A stretch of DNA of 64,000 nucleotides from Acholeplasmataceae bacterium (GCA_963667565.1 OY763415.1:288001-352000); one strand, 5' to 3'; shown: positions 1-10,856, numbered from the stretch's first letter. A program made the numbers and translations. Notes: generated by a model not told the origin, from the letters alone.

Positions 1-1
1 C

Positions 2-703
2 AAACATGTTTCAAAAAGTTATGACGCAAAGAAAAAAGCAGTTAATGATGTAAGTTTAATCATTGAAGATGGCGATATCTATGGATTTGTTGGACACAAT
101 GGTGCAGGGAAGACGACATTATTAAAGTCTATTGCAGGTATTCTTAATTTTGATGAGGGTGAAATCTTTGTCAATGGCGTTTCAGTTAAAGATCGTCCTA
201 TTGATGTTAAAAGACAAATCGCATATATTCCTGATAATCCTGATGTCTATGAAACACTTTCTGGTCTAAGTTATTTAAATTTTATGGCTGATGTGTTTTC
301 AATCTCAACAGAAGAACGTCAGATAGATATTGAAAAATATGCAAAAATGTTTTCAATGCATGATGTATTAGGCCAACCAATCAGTTCATATTCACATGGG
401 ATGAAACAAAAAATAGTGATTATTGGTGCATTAATTCATAAACCAAAAGTATTGTTATTAGATGAACCATTTGTAGGTCTAGATCCACAAGCCAGTTATT
501 TATTGAAAGAAGAGTTTAAATCTCTTTGTGATCATGGAACATCTATTTTCTTTTCAACACACGTTTTAGAAGTTGTTGAAAAGTTATGTAATAAAGTTGC
601 GATTATTAAAAACGGTCAAATATTAGAAAGTGGTAAAACAGAAGACATTATTTCTAAACAATCACTTGAATCTGTATTTATGGAAATTGCGAGTGAATCA
701 TAA
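2..703 (+). CDS. ABC transporter ATP-binding protein (5'-partial; frame is open from the window edge)
   Basis: Frame from nt 2 reads KHVSKSYD...GHNGAGKTT (Walker A) and continues into the listed ORF with YSHGMKQK signature, LLLDEP Walker B and STH switch. Confidence 0.93.
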   Translation, partial: KHVSKSYDAKKKAVNDVSLIIEDGDIYGFVGHNGAGKTTLLKSIAGILNFDEGEIFVNGVSVKDRPIDVKRQIAYIPDNPDVYETLSGLSYLNFMADVFSISTEERQIDIEKYAKMFSMHDVLGQPISSYSHGMKQKIVIIGALIHKPKVLLLDEPFVGLDPQASYLLKEEFKSLCDHGTSIFFSTHVLEVVEKLCNKVAIIKNGQILESGKTEDIISKQSLESVFMEIASES

Positions 704-2286
704 TGTATTTAAAACTACTTAAAGTTTATTTAAAAGATTTTTCACTTGACCGTTTATTACAAATCAATGGTAAAAGAGGTAAAAAAATCGCATTAACACT
801 TGTGCTTATATACGCGCTTATTGTTACCATTGGTGGTTTTGGATTCATGTTTTTTAGTTTAGCAGAAAAGTTAAATGAAGCTAATCAGATGCATATCATC
901 ATTAGTTTTGTTGCTGTTTATTCACTGATTATTCCGATCATGATGACTTTATTTAGAGCAAGTGGTACACTTTTTTTCTACAAAGATTATGAAATTGTAG
1001 CACCACTTCCTATTCCATCAAGAACTATCTTAGCTGCAAAACTCACCGTGATGATGATATGGATGTATATATCAAATCTTATTTTTATCATTCCGATTTT
1101 GTTCTCATATTTCTATTTTGCTGGTTTTGATTTTATTGCATTAATCATCTATATCGTTTTATCTATTGTTTTTCCAATGGTACCTATCCTTGTCATGTCT
1201 TTTATATCTCTTGCGATTGGATTTATTTCACAAAAATTTAATTTTGGTAAGATTTTACAAATCGTTTTACTATTTGCTGTATTGATTGGTATTATGTATC
1301 TCCAATTTAACATCAATGAAACGACTCAAAATCCACTTTCTGGTCAAATTGATATCATTGCAGGTATCGCTAAGTACTATCCACCGATTCGATGGTTTCA
1401 AGATGCGATTTATGCGCATGATTTACTTAGTTTATTATATGTAGTATCTTCACATTTGGCACTCTTTGTTTTATTTATTTTTGGTGTAAATAAAATTTCA
1501 TCTAATATCAATCAAAGAGGCATGCAAAAACATATCACTAGAAAAGTTAGAATGACTAAAATAGAACAAGGGTCAGTTTTGAAGACACTTATTAGAAAAG
1601 AATTCGCTAAATTTTTTAGTATTCCAATCTATGTTTTAAATGCTGGATTTGGATTAGTGCTTTTAATCATATTATCAGTCGCATCGTTATTCACATCGGA
1701 CTTAACAACCATTTTATCAACCCTAGATTTGATGAATATTGAACCTTTTGTTGCGATTTCTTTAATCATTGGTTTTGTTTTAGCACTTGCATATACACCA
1801 GCTATTTCTCTTTCATTAGAAGGGAAAAACTTATGGGTTATAAAGAGTTTACCAATTAAGGCTGAAACTGTGATGAAGTCAAAGATATATTTTAATATAA
1901 TTTTATTTTATCCAGTGATTGCTTTAAGTATTTTCTTGTTTAGTTTTTCACTCTCAATATCATTTATACAAGTATTATTATTGTTTTTAGTCTCATTTAC
2001 GATGCTTGTATTAATCTCTTAAGCAGATGCGATTATCAACCTTTATTTTCCAAAATTTAATTTTAAAAATGAAGTTGAAATCATTAAGCAAAGCCTAAGT
2101 GCAATCATTGGTATGCTTGCAGGTATGACAGTTGTTTTCATCAATGGTCTAATTTATTACTTTTTAATTAAACATATTTCAGCAGATCTCATCTTTTTAC
2201 TCTTAAGTGTCATGAATATTTTACTCACCATACCTTTTTATGATATGATTAAAAAGAAGTCTGAAGCAATTTTTCAAAAGCTCTAA
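703..2286 (+). pseudogene. ABC-2 type permease interrupted by an in-frame TAA at 2020-2022 (nonsense mutation or sequence error)
   Basis: Multi-TM ORF coupled to the ATPase (TAATG). The same frame continues 87 codons after the TAA with NLYFPKFNFKNEVEIIKQS and two more TM helices to TAA at 2284-2286. Confidence 0.8.
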
Positions 2287-2300
2287 TTAAAGGTGATTAA

Positions 2301-2894
2301 GTGATTATTAAAAGAGAAGAAACAATCATGAATATTTTATCGATTGCATTTGCAATACTCTCAATATTTCATTTTATTGTTTCATTGGGATATCAATCAA
2401 TTCTTTCATGGATATTTTTAGTGGCTTCACTATTGATGTGCTATTTTATGTTTCAATATCAACATCCAAAATCCCATAGAAATATATTGATATTGATTAT
2501 CGCTTATTATTTAGTACATTCAATGTTAACTTTAGAAAGTTTTGTTAGATATCCAATTCCATTTAATAACACATCACAAATTATATTTACGATTGGTCTA
2601 AATCTTGCATGGCTTGTGATTTATCTTTATGTGATGTATCACAAAGAAGATATGGATTCAACTTACGTGTTTTATATTGTCACAGTCGTTTTAATCATAT
2701 TTAAGTCTTTTTCAAATTCGATTAGACTTGTTACATTTGTCAGAGGATATTTATCAGATCCACTTTCAGTGTTGCAGGGATTCCTACTGGTTGTGCTAAC
2801 GATTTTGATGACTTTCATGATGTATATGATGTTTTTAATGTATTTAAATTATACCAATCAAAAACTTGATTTAAAGATAAACAAAAAGGTCTAA
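2301..2894 (+). CDS. Hypothetical integral membrane protein
   Basis: 197-aa hydrophobic ORF with about 6 TM segments; AAAGGTGA RBS upstream. Confidence 0.65.
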   Translation: MIIKREETIMNILSIAFAILSIFHFIVSLGYQSILSWIFLVASLLMCYFMFQYQHPKSHRNILILIIAYYLVHSMLTLESFVRYPIPFNNTSQIIFTIGLNLAWLVIYLYVMYHKEDMDSTYVFYIVTVVLIIFKSFSNSIRLVTFVRGYLSDPLSVLQGFLLVVLTILMTFMMYMMFLMYLNYTNQKLDLKINKKV

Positions 2895-2910
2895 AATTAG
2901 ACCTTTTTTT
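2883..2910. terminator. Bidirectional intrinsic terminator
   Basis: AAAAAGGTCTA-aaat-TAGACCTTTTTTT between convergent genes. Confidence 0.8.
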
Positions 2911-4606
2911 ATTGTTGATTCATGTAATCTACAACTTCTTTTTGAGTTCTCATACTTAGTGCTTTATGTGCAGTTAATGTAAGTTCTGTGCTGTTTTTTA
3001 ATGAGATTTTTGATTTGATATCAAGAAGCATATGAGGTGAACTTGATAATTCATTGACACCAAGTCCAAGTAAAATCATTGCTGCTTGGGGGTTACTTGC
3101 CATTTCTCCACAAACGCTTGTAGATATCCCTTGCTTATGACCAGCTGTTACAGTCATTTTAATCATGCGTAATATGGATGGATGATAAGGCTGATATAAA
3201 TAGTCAAGTTTTTGATTTAGGCGATCAGTTGCAAGTGTATATTGAATTAAATCATTTGTTCCAATAGAGAAGAAGTCACAAACTTTTGCAAGTTCTTCAG
3301 CAATCATGACTGCAGAAGGAACTTCAATCATAATCCCTACTTGATATTTACCAACTTCATAACCATCTCTTAAAAGTGATGCTTCAATTTCTTTAGTCAG
3401 TGCTTTAGCTTCTAAAAACTCTTCTAATGTTGAAATCATCGGAAACATAATTTTTAAATGACCAAAGCGACTTGCTTTAAGTAATGCTGTTAATTGTGTT
3501 TTAAATAAATTCTTCTGATCAAGAAGTAATCTAATACCTCTAAACCCAAGTGCTGGATTACTTTCTAAATCATGTTTAAAGTAAGGAAGTGGTTTATCAC
3601 CACCGATATCTAGTGTTCTAATGGTTACAGGTTTATCTTTAAATGCAAGTAAAATATCTTTATATGCTTCAAATTGTTCTTCTAATGTTGGCATTTTTAT
3701 ATGATCTAAAAATAGAAGTTCAGTTCTAAATAAACCAACACCATCACTTGATAAATCACTGATATATTTTAAGTCAACAAGTGAACCTAAATTGACTAAC
3801 AATTTAAATGTTTTACCATCTTTAGAAGTCAGTGGTTTTTGATTAAAAGACTTAAGTGCGATTTGATTTTCATTAAATGCTTCAATCTTTTCTTTATATA
3901 TATTTAAAGTTTTTTCATCAGGATTTAAAAAGAGTTCGCCAGTAAAACCATCTAAAATTGCAAGCTCTTGATCATTGACTTTTTTAAGTATAGATTTTAT
4001 CCCTAAAATAGCAGGGATGTTTAATAATTTAGCAACAATTGCGCTGTGAGAAGTAGGTCCACCAACTTCGCTAATAAATCCTTTAATGTATTTTGGATCT
4101 AATTGTGTCGCTTGTGTCGGTGTTAATTCATGTGTAGCAAGAATCACTTCATGATCAATTTTTGCAAAATCGAAAATAGGAAGATCAAGTGCATTTTTCA
4201 TGATTCTTGATGAAACATCTTTTAAATCAATTAAGCGTGATTTTAAATATTCATCATCGATTTGATTAAATATTTCAACATATTCATTTGATACAGTTGA
4301 GAGTGCATAAGTTAAATTATAATTTTGTTCTGTAATCAATTTTTTAACTTTACCAACAACATCAACATCTTGTGCGATCTCGATATGTGCATCAAATAAC
4401 TTGAGCATATTATCATCAAATTTATTTTTATATTTTGTTTTCAATTCATTAAGTTGCTCTATACTTTTTAGAATTGCTTGTTCATATTTTTGAATTTCTT
4501 TTTCTGGATTTTTAATTAACGTTGGTAGTACATTGATTTTGTAATCCTCAAATTTTAATATTTGAGCAACTGCATAACCTTCACTAACCCCAATACCTTT
4601 TAACAT
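2909..4606 (-). CDS. ptsI: PTS enzyme I (phosphoenolpyruvate-protein phosphotransferase)
   Basis: GGPTSHSAI phospho-His motif, GVGLFRTE, RTLDIGGDK, NPALGFRGIR, FFSIGTNDLIQY, CGEMAS. Confidence 0.96.
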   Translation of the reverse strand: MLKGIGVSEGYAVAQILKFEDYKINVLPTLIKNPEKEIQKYEQAILKSIEQLNELKTKYKNKFDDNMLKLFDAHIEIAQDVDVVGKVKKLITEQNYNLTYALSTVSNEYVEIFNQIDDEYLKSRLIDLKDVSSRIMKNALDLPIFDFAKIDHEVILATHELTPTQATQLDPKYIKGFISEVGGPTSHSAIVAKLLNIPAILGIKSILKKVNDQELAILDGFTGELFLNPDEKTLNIYKEKIEAFNENQIALKSFNQKPLTSKDGKTFKLLVNLGSLVDLKYISDLSSDGVGLFRTELLFLDHIKMPTLEEQFEAYKDILLAFKDKPVTIRTLDIGGDKPLPYFKHDLESNPALGFRGIRLLLDQKNLFKTQLTALLKASRFGHLKIMFPMISTLEEFLEAKALTKEIEASLLRDGYEVGKYQVGIMIEVPSAVMIAEELAKVCDFFSIGTNDLIQYTLATDRLNQKLDYLYQPYHPSILRMIKMTVTAGHKQGISTSVCGEMASNPQAAMILLGLGVNELSSSPHMLLDIKSKISLKNSTELTLTAHKALSMRTQKEVVDYMNQQ

Positions 4607-4708
4607 CGTATCACTCCTTGCTCTTATATTGTATCATTTTTTATAAAACAATTTTGAAAAAATATATATGTAAGTGTTATCATTTATAATGATAAAACTG
4701 AATGTTTT

Positions 4709-4717
4709 TGTTATAAT
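4709..4717 (+). promoter_or_regulatory. Extended -10 promoter element
   Basis: TGTTATAAT followed by GAGGTGA RBS and the ATG at 4737. Confidence 0.6.
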
Positions 4718-4736
4718 AGTTTTGAGGTGAAACGAT

Positions 4737-5735
4737 ATGCTTACATATGATGAATTAAAAGCGCGTTTGGGTAAAGTCATAGACCCAGGATTTGATAAAC
4801 CACTTGCTGATGTTAGAGGATTAAAAAAACTCGTTATTGGACCAACTGGTGTTGTTGAATTAGAGATTTATATTAAAAACAAAGCGCAAAACGAACAAAA
4901 ATTAAAGATTGAAATTATTAGACTTGTCAAAGTTGAAGCTGGATTCCCAGGAATTAAAATTGACTTCTTTGAAAGTGAATTTTTAGAAGAAGGGGAAAGA
5001 CCTATTCAATATTTAGCGATTGCTTCAGGTAAAGGTGGCGTTGGTAAATCAACAGTTACTGCAAATTTAGCTGCTGCATTACTTAGACAAGGTAAAAAAG
5101 TTGGTATTATTGATGCAGATATTTATGGCGCAAGTATTCCAAGTGTTTTACAATTACCGATTAAACCCTTATCAGCAACTGCTGATGAAATGATGATTCC
5201 ACTTTCTAAAGATGGTATTGAAGTTATTTCAACTGAGTTTTTTATGCCATCTGATAAACCAATCATGTGGCGTGGCCCAATGCTTGGGAAAATGTTAGTC
5301 CATTTCTTTAATGGAACTAAATGGCAAGAACATATTGATATTATTTTAATTGACTTACCTCCAGGAACTGGTGATGTTGCATTAGATGTTAAGACTTATG
5401 TTCCAAAGAGCAAGGTTTTAGTTGTTACAACACCACACGTGAATGCTGCTCATGTTGCAGTTAAAGCAGGATTTGGGGCTCAAAACATCGGTCATGAAGT
5501 GATTGGTGTGGTTGAAAATATGAGTTATTATATGAATACATGTAATCAAACAAGAGAATTTATTTTTGGTGAAGGTGGCGGAGAAACTGTTGCTAGAAAA
5601 CTAGGTGTTCCAGTGATGGGTCAAATCCCTATTGGACAACCACTAGATAAGAGTTTTATGTTTACAGGTAGCGAACCTATTGGTAAAGCATATGATGAGA
5701 TTGCAGTTAAAGTCATTAAAGAATTAGAATTATAA
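4737..5735 (+). CDS. Mrp/ApbC/NBP35-family P-loop ATPase (Fe-S carrier-like)
   Basis: SGKGGVGKST, DADIYG, MWRGPM, DLPPGTGD, GVVENMS. Confidence 0.92.
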   Translation: MLTYDELKARLGKVIDPGFDKPLADVRGLKKLVIGPTGVVELEIYIKNKAQNEQKLKIEIIRLVKVEAGFPGIKIDFFESEFLEEGERPIQYLAIASGKGGVGKSTVTANLAAALLRQGKKVGIIDADIYGASIPSVLQLPIKPLSATADEMMIPLSKDGIEVISTEFFMPSDKPIMWRGPMLGKMLVHFFNGTKWQEHIDIILIDLPPGTGDVALDVKTYVPKSKVLVVTTPHVNAAHVAVKAGFGAQNIGHEVIGVVENMSYYMNTCNQTREFIFGEGGGETVARKLGVPVMGQIPIGQPLDKSFMFTGSEPIGKAYDEIAVKVIKELEL

Positions 5736-5767
5736 AAAATGATGATGGAATTTTCCATCATTTTTTT
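5736..5767 (+). terminator. Intrinsic terminator
   Basis: ATGATGGAA-tt-TTCCATCAT followed by a T tract. Confidence 0.7.
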
Positions 5768-5828
5768 ATATGAACTTGTCTAAAATCAAATTCATATGTA
5801 TAATATAATAAAAAAGTTGGGGGATTTT

Positions 5829-6500
5829 ATGGATATTATTAACAAGAAATTAATACTTGTTTCACTCATCTATATGTTGATTATTTCAGCAGTCATTGAA
5901 ATCTTATCACATGCTCAATTATCTTATCAAAAGCCAGACGTAGCATTACTCGTGATTGGTTTTGTAGTCGCAATCTTGAATTTATTTAATATTCTATTTT
6001 ATAAAAAATTAAAGAAAAGCGAATTTATATACCTATTACTTATCATCAATGCAATATCCGTTGGGTTTTCATATGCTGCAATTTATGTCCATTTTGAGAT
6101 GCTTAATGATCCTTTATATTATATTTATGCAACTTTGATTAATATCACATTTCTATCTTTAATGATGGTATTAAAGCTTAAAGGCATTAGATATATTTTT
6201 AGGTTTATATTTGGTTTTATCTTTATAGGTTTACTAGTTCTGATTTCATTTTTAATGAGCAATGGTTTGTTTTTATTGTATGCAATCATCATTGTTTTAT
6301 TTAATTTTGCAGATAATAATATTGAAAGTGAAAAAGATTTCATCAAAGAAACAACCACTGCTAGTTTTGTTATAGCGTTAGTTGCCTTTATTGTCGCACT
6401 GATCATCATCTCTCAATCAGGTGATGGGCTTGATTTTTTTAGTGGAACAACACCTGGTGGTGATCGTTATCCATATAAGCAGCGAAAATTAAATGTATAA
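5829..6500 (+). CDS. Hypothetical integral membrane protein
   Basis: Hydrophobic ORF with about 7 TM segments; start moved to ATG 5829 after a GGGGG RBS. Confidence 0.65.
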   Translation: MDIINKKLILVSLIYMLIISAVIEILSHAQLSYQKPDVALLVIGFVVAILNLFNILFYKKLKKSEFIYLLLIINAISVGFSYAAIYVHFEMLNDPLYYIYATLINITFLSLMMVLKLKGIRYIFRFIFGFIFIGLLVLISFLMSNGLFLLYAIIIVLFNFADNNIESEKDFIKETTTASFVIALVAFIVALIIISQSGDGLDFFSGTTPGGDRYPYKQRKLNV

Positions 6501-6533
6501 AAAACACCTCCATATATAGTGTGGAGGTGTTTT
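6501..6533. terminator. Bidirectional intrinsic terminator
   Basis: AAAACACCTCCA...TGGAGGTGTTTT between convergent genes. Confidence 0.85.
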
Positions 6534-6535
6534 AT

Positions 6536-7981
6536 TTATTTAATATCTTTAAATTTTAAAATAGGTTGTCTCGCAGCTTTAACTTCATCTAATCGTCTTA
6601 CAACTGTGTGATGTGGAGCTGTTTTAACAAGTTCTGGATCTTCAATGGACTCATTGGCTACTTTTCGCATGATTTCAATAAAGCCATCTAGTGTTTCTTT
6701 AGACTCTGATTCTGTAGGCTCAATCATCATGGATTGATGGAATATGAGTGGGAAATAAATTGTAGGTGCATGATATCCATAATCGAGTAATCTTTTAGCG
6801 ATATCAAGTGTTTTAACACCTGTTGATTGATCTTTTAATCCATCAAAGACAAATTCATGCATCGCAAATTGATCAATCGGAAGTTCAAATAAATCTTTGA
6901 GTGATGCTTGGACATAGTTTGCATTTAAAACTGCATATGATCCAATATCCTTAAGATTTTCTCTACCTAAACTCATGATAAAGACATAAGCTCTTAAATA
7001 AACAAGTGTATTTCCATAAAATGACCCTAAGTGACCGATGCTGTCTTTAGGATTTTTTAATACATAGAGATCATTTTCTTTTTGTACAAATGGTGATGGA
7101 AGAAATTCAACTAAAGATTCACATACACCAACAGGACCTGAACCAGGACCACCACCACCATGTGGTGTAGAAAATGTCTTATGTAAATTTAGATGTGTAA
7201 TATCAAAACCCATGTCGCCAGGTCTTGCATGTCCTAATAGTGCATTTAAGTTTGCACCATCATAATATAGTAGACCACCTGCTTCATGAACTAGACTTGA
7301 AATTTTAACGATATCTTTTTCGAATACACCAGCAGTGTTAGGATTTGTTAACATTAATCCAGCTACTTCATCACTTAAGACTTCTTTAAGAGCATCAAGA
7401 TTAACGGTTCCATCTGCATTGGACTGGATTTCAACGACATCAAAGCCACAAACAGTTGCACTTGCAGGATTGGTTCCATGTGCACTATCAGGGACAATGA
7501 TAATATGTCTTTTATCATCCTTACGTTTTTGGTGATAAGCTTTTATAATCATTAATCCAGCAAGTTCACCATGTGCACCAGCAAATGTATTTAATGAGTA
7601 TGCTTTCATACCAGTGATTTCTGATAACATCCTTTGAAGATCATCATAAATTTTTAGTAAACCTTGAATAGAAGAAGCTGGTTGAAGTGGATGAATATGC
7701 GCAAAACCTGAAAGGTTTGCGAGTTCATCATTTAATTTAGGGTTATACTTCATTGTACAAGAGCCTAAAGGATAAAAACCATTTTCCACTCCAAAGTTTT
7801 TTTGACTAACATTTGTAAAATGTCTAACAACATCTAATTCTGAAACTTCAGGAAGGTCTGCATCATTTGATCTAAGTAAATGTTTTGGTAGTGATACATC
7901 TTCAAGATTTGAAGTTTCCATATGATATCCTACTCTACCTTTTGAAGATAGATTAAAAATCAGTGTGTCATAAGCTTTCAT
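6536..7981 (-). CDS. gcvPB: Glycine dehydrogenase (decarboxylating) subunit 2
   Basis: YPLGSCTMKYNP, SAHGTNPASA, NLHKTFSTPHGGGGPG (PLP Lys); start at ATG 7981 after an AAGGTGGTGG RBS. Confidence 0.96.
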   Translation of the reverse strand: MKAYDTLIFNLSSKGRVGYHMETSNLEDVSLPKHLLRSNDADLPEVSELDVVRHFTNVSQKNFGVENGFYPLGSCTMKYNPKLNDELANLSGFAHIHPLQPASSIQGLLKIYDDLQRMLSEITGMKAYSLNTFAGAHGELAGLMIIKAYHQKRKDDKRHIIIVPDSAHGTNPASATVCGFDVVEIQSNADGTVNLDALKEVLSDEVAGLMLTNPNTAGVFEKDIVKISSLVHEAGGLLYYDGANLNALLGHARPGDMGFDITHLNLHKTFSTPHGGGGPGSGPVGVCESLVEFLPSPFVQKENDLYVLKNPKDSIGHLGSFYGNTLVYLRAYVFIMSLGRENLKDIGSYAVLNANYVQASLKDLFELPIDQFAMHEFVFDGLKDQSTGVKTLDIAKRLLDYGYHAPTIYFPLIFHQSMMIEPTESESKETLDGFIEIMRKVANESIEDPELVKTAPHHTVVRRLDEVKAARQPILKFKDIK

Positions 7982-9290
7982 GATATGCCACCACCTTTTC
8001 AACAAGTAGATTGATTTCTTCTAATGTTCGCTTTTCAGTAACTGCAAATAAAAGAAGGTTATCTTTAATAACAAGCGGTCCCAAAATGTCTTCTTTAACT
8101 AAATAATCTTCTAATAGAGAAATATCAAATAATGGTTTTAAAACAAACTCATTAAAATAAGGTTGATCATAAACTTTTTCAAACAACTTAGTTTCTAGTA
8201 ATAATTGCTCTAATTTATGTGCTTTTTTAAATGCTTCAGTGGCTAATTGCTTAAACCCTTGTTTACCAAGAAGTGATAAATAGATAGTTACTGATAATGC
8301 AAGAAGTGACTGATTTGAACAAATATTTGAATTTGCTTTTGCACGTCTAATGTGTTGTTCTCTTGCTTGAAGTGTAAGAACAAAAGCTTTTTTACCATCA
8401 ACATCTGTGGTCATACCACAAATGCGGCCTGGCATTTTTCTCACATATGCATTTTTAGTAGCTAAATAACCTAAATATGGACCTCCAAAACTCATTGGAA
8501 TCCCTAATGCTTGAAGCTCACCACAAGCAATATCTGCATCATATTCTCTTGCATTTTTAATGAGTGCTAGAGACTGACCTTCTTGATTGATGATCAAAAG
8601 TCCTTTGTGTTCATGAATGATATCAGATACACCATGGTAATCTTCGATAATACCATAATAATTTGGAGTAGATACAATTAAACCCATGGTATCAGCTGCA
8701 TTTTCTTTAACAAATTCAATATCAGTAATCCCTTGTTTTTCAGGAACAATTACAACTTCAATGTTTCTATATTTAGCATAAGTTAAAACAACCTCAATCA
8801 CATGAGGGTTAAGGGTTGCTGAGATTAAAATTTTATTTTTTCTTGTTTGACCATAAGCCATGAACATTGCTTCAGCAGTTGCAGTTGCACCATCATACAT
8901 GGATGCATTGGATACATCCATACCCGTAAGTTCACAAATCATGGATTGATATTCAAAAATATAATGAAGTGTCCCTTGAGAAACTTCAGGTTGATAAGGT
9001 GTATATGATGTTAAAAATTCTTGTCTTGAAATCAAAGATTTCACAGCACTTGGAATATAGTTATCATAACTACCAGCACCTCTAAAAACAATAAGTTCTT
9101 TATTTTTAGAAGCTAATTCTTGCATATGTTTGGTTAATGTCCTATCTGACATCTGTGATGGAATTTGATAAGGTTTAGAGTTTTTTAGTGATTGTGGTAT
9201 TTGACCAAAGAGTTCATCTATAGAAGAAGCACCAATCACTTTAAGCATTTCTTCGATGTTTTCTTTGGTATGAGGTAGATATTTATGCAT
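7968..9290 (-). CDS. gcvPA: Glycine dehydrogenase (decarboxylating) subunit 1
   Basis: TSYTPYQPEVSQG, NASMYDGATA, MPGRICG, LQAREQHIRR..SNICSNQ. Confidence 0.96.
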   Translation of the reverse strand: MHKYLPHTKENIEEMLKVIGASSIDELFGQIPQSLKNSKPYQIPSQMSDRTLTKHMQELASKNKELIVFRGAGSYDNYIPSAVKSLISRQEFLTSYTPYQPEVSQGTLHYIFEYQSMICELTGMDVSNASMYDGATATAEAMFMAYGQTRKNKILISATLNPHVIEVVLTYAKYRNIEVVIVPEKQGITDIEFVKENAADTMGLIVSTPNYYGIIEDYHGVSDIIHEHKGLLIINQEGQSLALIKNAREYDADIACGELQALGIPMSFGGPYLGYLATKNAYVRKMPGRICGMTTDVDGKKAFVLTLQAREQHIRRAKANSNICSNQSLLALSVTIYLSLLGKQGFKQLATEAFKKAHKLEQLLLETKLFEKVYDQPYFNEFVLKPLFDISLLEDYLVKEDILGPLVIKDNLLLFAVTEKRTLEEINLLVEKVVAYHESL

Positions 9291-9661
9291 TATTTACAAC
9301 AAGCTTCGTACTTGTCATCTTTAAGCAAATTTTCTAATTCCTTATCATCTAATAATTCTACTTTCAAAATCCAATTTTGATATGGATCTTCATTTAGAAG
9401 TTCAGGAGAACTGGTTAATTGGTCATTGACTTCTAAAACTTTAAAACTAACAGGTGCATATAAGTCAGAAGCAGCTTTGACAGATTCAACAGCACCAAAA
9501 ATTTCTTCTTTTTTAAATAGATCACCTTGATTTGGCAAATCAACAAATACAATCGAACCTAAAGTTTCTTGAGCATAGTCTGAAATACCGACAAAAGCAA
9601 CACTACCTTCAGGTTGAACCCATTCATGAGTTTCACTGTAGAGTAAACCATGTTTAATCAT
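9290..9661 (-). CDS. gcvH: Glycine cleavage system H protein
   Basis: HEWV, GISDYAQETLG, VESVKAASD lipoyl-Lys motif. Confidence 0.96.
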   Translation of the reverse strand: MIKHGLLYSETHEWVQPEGSVAFVGISDYAQETLGSIVFVDLPNQGDLFKKEEIFGAVESVKAASDLYAPVSFKVLEVNDQLTSSPELLNEDPYQNWILKVELLDDKELENLLKDDKYEACCK

Positions 9662-9673
9662 TATATAATCCTC

Positions 9674-10744
9674 CTATTTAACGTAATTCTTCATTAAGAA
9701 TTTCCGATTTCTAACTTTAGCTTTAACTTTTTTATTTCTAATCTCAACATAAACTTCATTTTCTAATGCACTTTGATCTTGATCAATAAGCGCAATTGCT
9801 AATGGAATATCTGATTCTGGAAGAAGATATCCAGTTGTAATATATCCTATTTCTTTGTCATCTTTAAACACTTTATAACCTTGTCTAGGAATATTTCTTT
9901 CTAGTAATTCAATACCAACAAGTTTTTTCGTAAGTGTTTCTTGTTTTTTGATGAGTTGTTCTTTCCCATTAAATGATTTATCAAGTTTAACTGCAAATTT
10001 TAACCCTGAAACATAAGGATGAATATCCATATCAATTTCATGTCCGTAAAGTGGAAGGTTTGCTTGAAATCTTAGGGTATCTCTAGCACCTAAACCACAA
10101 GGTGTTGCGCCTAAGCTTAGAGCTTGATCCCATATAGATTTAATATCTTCATTAGACGCATAAATTTCAAATCCATCTTCACCAGTATAACCAGTTCTTG
10201 AAATGATTACACCAGATTTTTGATAAGGTAATTGCATAAAATGCATAAATTTTAAATTTTTGATTTCGTCATTAAAGATGTTAGCAACAACATGTTCAGC
10301 TAAGGGACCTTGGATGGCTACCTCACTCCACTCATCTGATAAATTTCTTATATTGACTAAACCATGGTTTTGACTTGAAATCCAGTCAAAATCTTTTTCA
10401 ATATTTGATGCATTGACGACTAAAACAAAGTCATTAGGGCTTAATGTATATACAAGTAGATCATCTAATATTTCACCATCATGATTCAGTAATAATCCGT
10501 ATGTGACTTTTTTAGTTTCATCTGTGATCATGTTTGTAACTAATTGGTTGACAAATGAGCGTGCTTGCTCACCCTCAATATAAAATTCTCCCATATGCGA
10601 TACATCAAAAATACCTACTTGATGTCTCACAGCTAAATGCTCTTTACTGATGTCTTGATAATAGAGTGGCATTTCATATCCTGCAAAAGGTGTGATTTTT
10701 GCATTTAACTTTTGATGAGCTTCAAATAGTGGCGTTTGTTTCAT
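9674..10744 (-). CDS. gcvT: Glycine cleavage aminomethyltransferase T
   Basis: FDVSHMGE, SRTGYTGEDGFE, GLGARDTLR. Confidence 0.96.
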   Translation of the reverse strand: MKQTPLFEAHQKLNAKITPFAGYEMPLYYQDISKEHLAVRHQVGIFDVSHMGEFYIEGEQARSFVNQLVTNMITDETKKVTYGLLLNHDGEILDDLLVYTLSPNDFVLVVNASNIEKDFDWISSQNHGLVNIRNLSDEWSEVAIQGPLAEHVVANIFNDEIKNLKFMHFMQLPYQKSGVIISRTGYTGEDGFEIYASNEDIKSIWDQALSLGATPCGLGARDTLRFQANLPLYGHEIDMDIHPYVSGLKFAVKLDKSFNGKEQLIKKQETLTKKLVGIELLERNIPRQGYKVFKDDKEIGYITTGYLLPESDIPLAIALIDQDQSALENEVYVEIRNKKVKAKVRNRKFLMKNYVK

Positions 10745-10856
10745 GATTTCACCTCTTAATTTTGTAATTTAATTATACAATATTAAATGAAATTTAAACA
10801 TAGTTTAACACCAAAAATCATATCTCATGTATAATTAATTTAAAGGGAGTGATTCT

